Below, one piece after another: positions 63,559 to 64,000 of a stretch of 64,000 nucleotides of DNA. The notes beneath the pieces are model-generated. The model ran no database searches. It was given only the letters and a program-made list of their open reading frames with translations, and was not told the DNA's origin. How positions within the stretch are numbered: the first letter of the stretch is position 1; every line of letters starts with the position of its first letter. Made by a program: the position numbers and the translations under genes. Source of the DNA: the human T2T-CHM13v2.0 reference genome, Homo sapiens; NCBI RefSeq assembly GCF_009914755.1, contig NC_060946.1; one strand, 5' to 3'.

Positions 63559-63843
63559 CAGATGACCCCTGAACAGCACAGGTTTGGACTGTATGGGTCC
63601 GCTTATACACAAATTGTTGTAAATAAATACAGTCTGCCCTCCCCCATAGGCACGAGTTCCACATCTGCAACCAAATGCTCATCAAAAATAAAGTATCCCA
63701 GATGCACAACCGCATAGATGAGGGACTGACTTTTCCTATACGTGGGTTCCACAGGGCCGACTGGGTGTGACTTGAGTGTGTGTGGATTTTGGTAAAAGCA
63801 GGGGTCCTGGAACAAATCCCCCATATGCACCGAGGGACAGCTG
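63559..63843. mobile_element. MER8-like Tigger2-derived MITE
   Basis: Termini cagatgacccctgaaca... and ...ggtcctggaacaaatccccc...ccgagggacagctg. Confidence 0.75.
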
Positions 63844-63866
63844 AGTCTGATTTAGGGAATGAGTAC

Positions 63867-63962
63867 CTGTTTCCCACGGGTCTTCTTCCCACAGTTCTCA
63901 CAGAAGCATTTGCTTTTGCTTGATAACTCCCTGGGCTGGAAGAAGCAGTGCAGGGCGTCCTC
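63867..63962 (-). CDS. USP41: USP18-paralogue exon EDALHCFFQPRELSSKSKCFCENCGKKTRGKQ
   Basis: 96 nt, AG/GT bounded, with the CxxC of the fingers subdomain. It is not in the ORF track and was translated by hand. Confidence 0.9.
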
Positions 63963-64000
63963 CTGTCCCACCCAAGAGAACAGGGAAAAAGCAGCGTTGG

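Noticed and set aside
59939-63962. Calling the gene USP18 itself
   Set aside because: The terminal coding exon was not found, FAM230 repeat sequence lies where it should be, and the His-box exon reads IRSAV where I recall USP18 has IRNAV. This fits the duplicate USP41.

Overview
Human genomic DNA (an AluYa5 is present). It matches the 22q11.21 low-copy repeat, most likely LCR22-B. Layout from left to right: (1) 1-9.5 kb is nested old L1/Alu/DNA-transposon debris. (2) 9.5-14 kb holds two long AT-rich blocks flanking one diverged HSATI + full-length Alu unit. (3) 14.05-34.3 kb is 25 nearly identical 813-bp HSATI/half-Alu/AT tandem units. (4) 34517-35111 is a near-perfect 595-bp AT-centred palindrome, which I identify as PATRR22, the t(11;22) breakpoint palindrome. 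(5) A FAM230-family gene on + follows, whose last exon is a ~9-kb CpG-rich 27-bp VNTR. (6) The 3' exons of the USP18 paralogue USP41 lie on -, apparently without the USP18 terminal exon. The main hidden signal is in the FAM230 'lncRNA': six small GT-AG exons splice in frame, with no stop, into the acidic 9-aa-repeat frame of the VNTR. This predicts a >1,500-aa protein whose repeat switches from acidic to basic at a recurrent +5-nt frameshift node. Locus and family names are from recognition, not from a database search.
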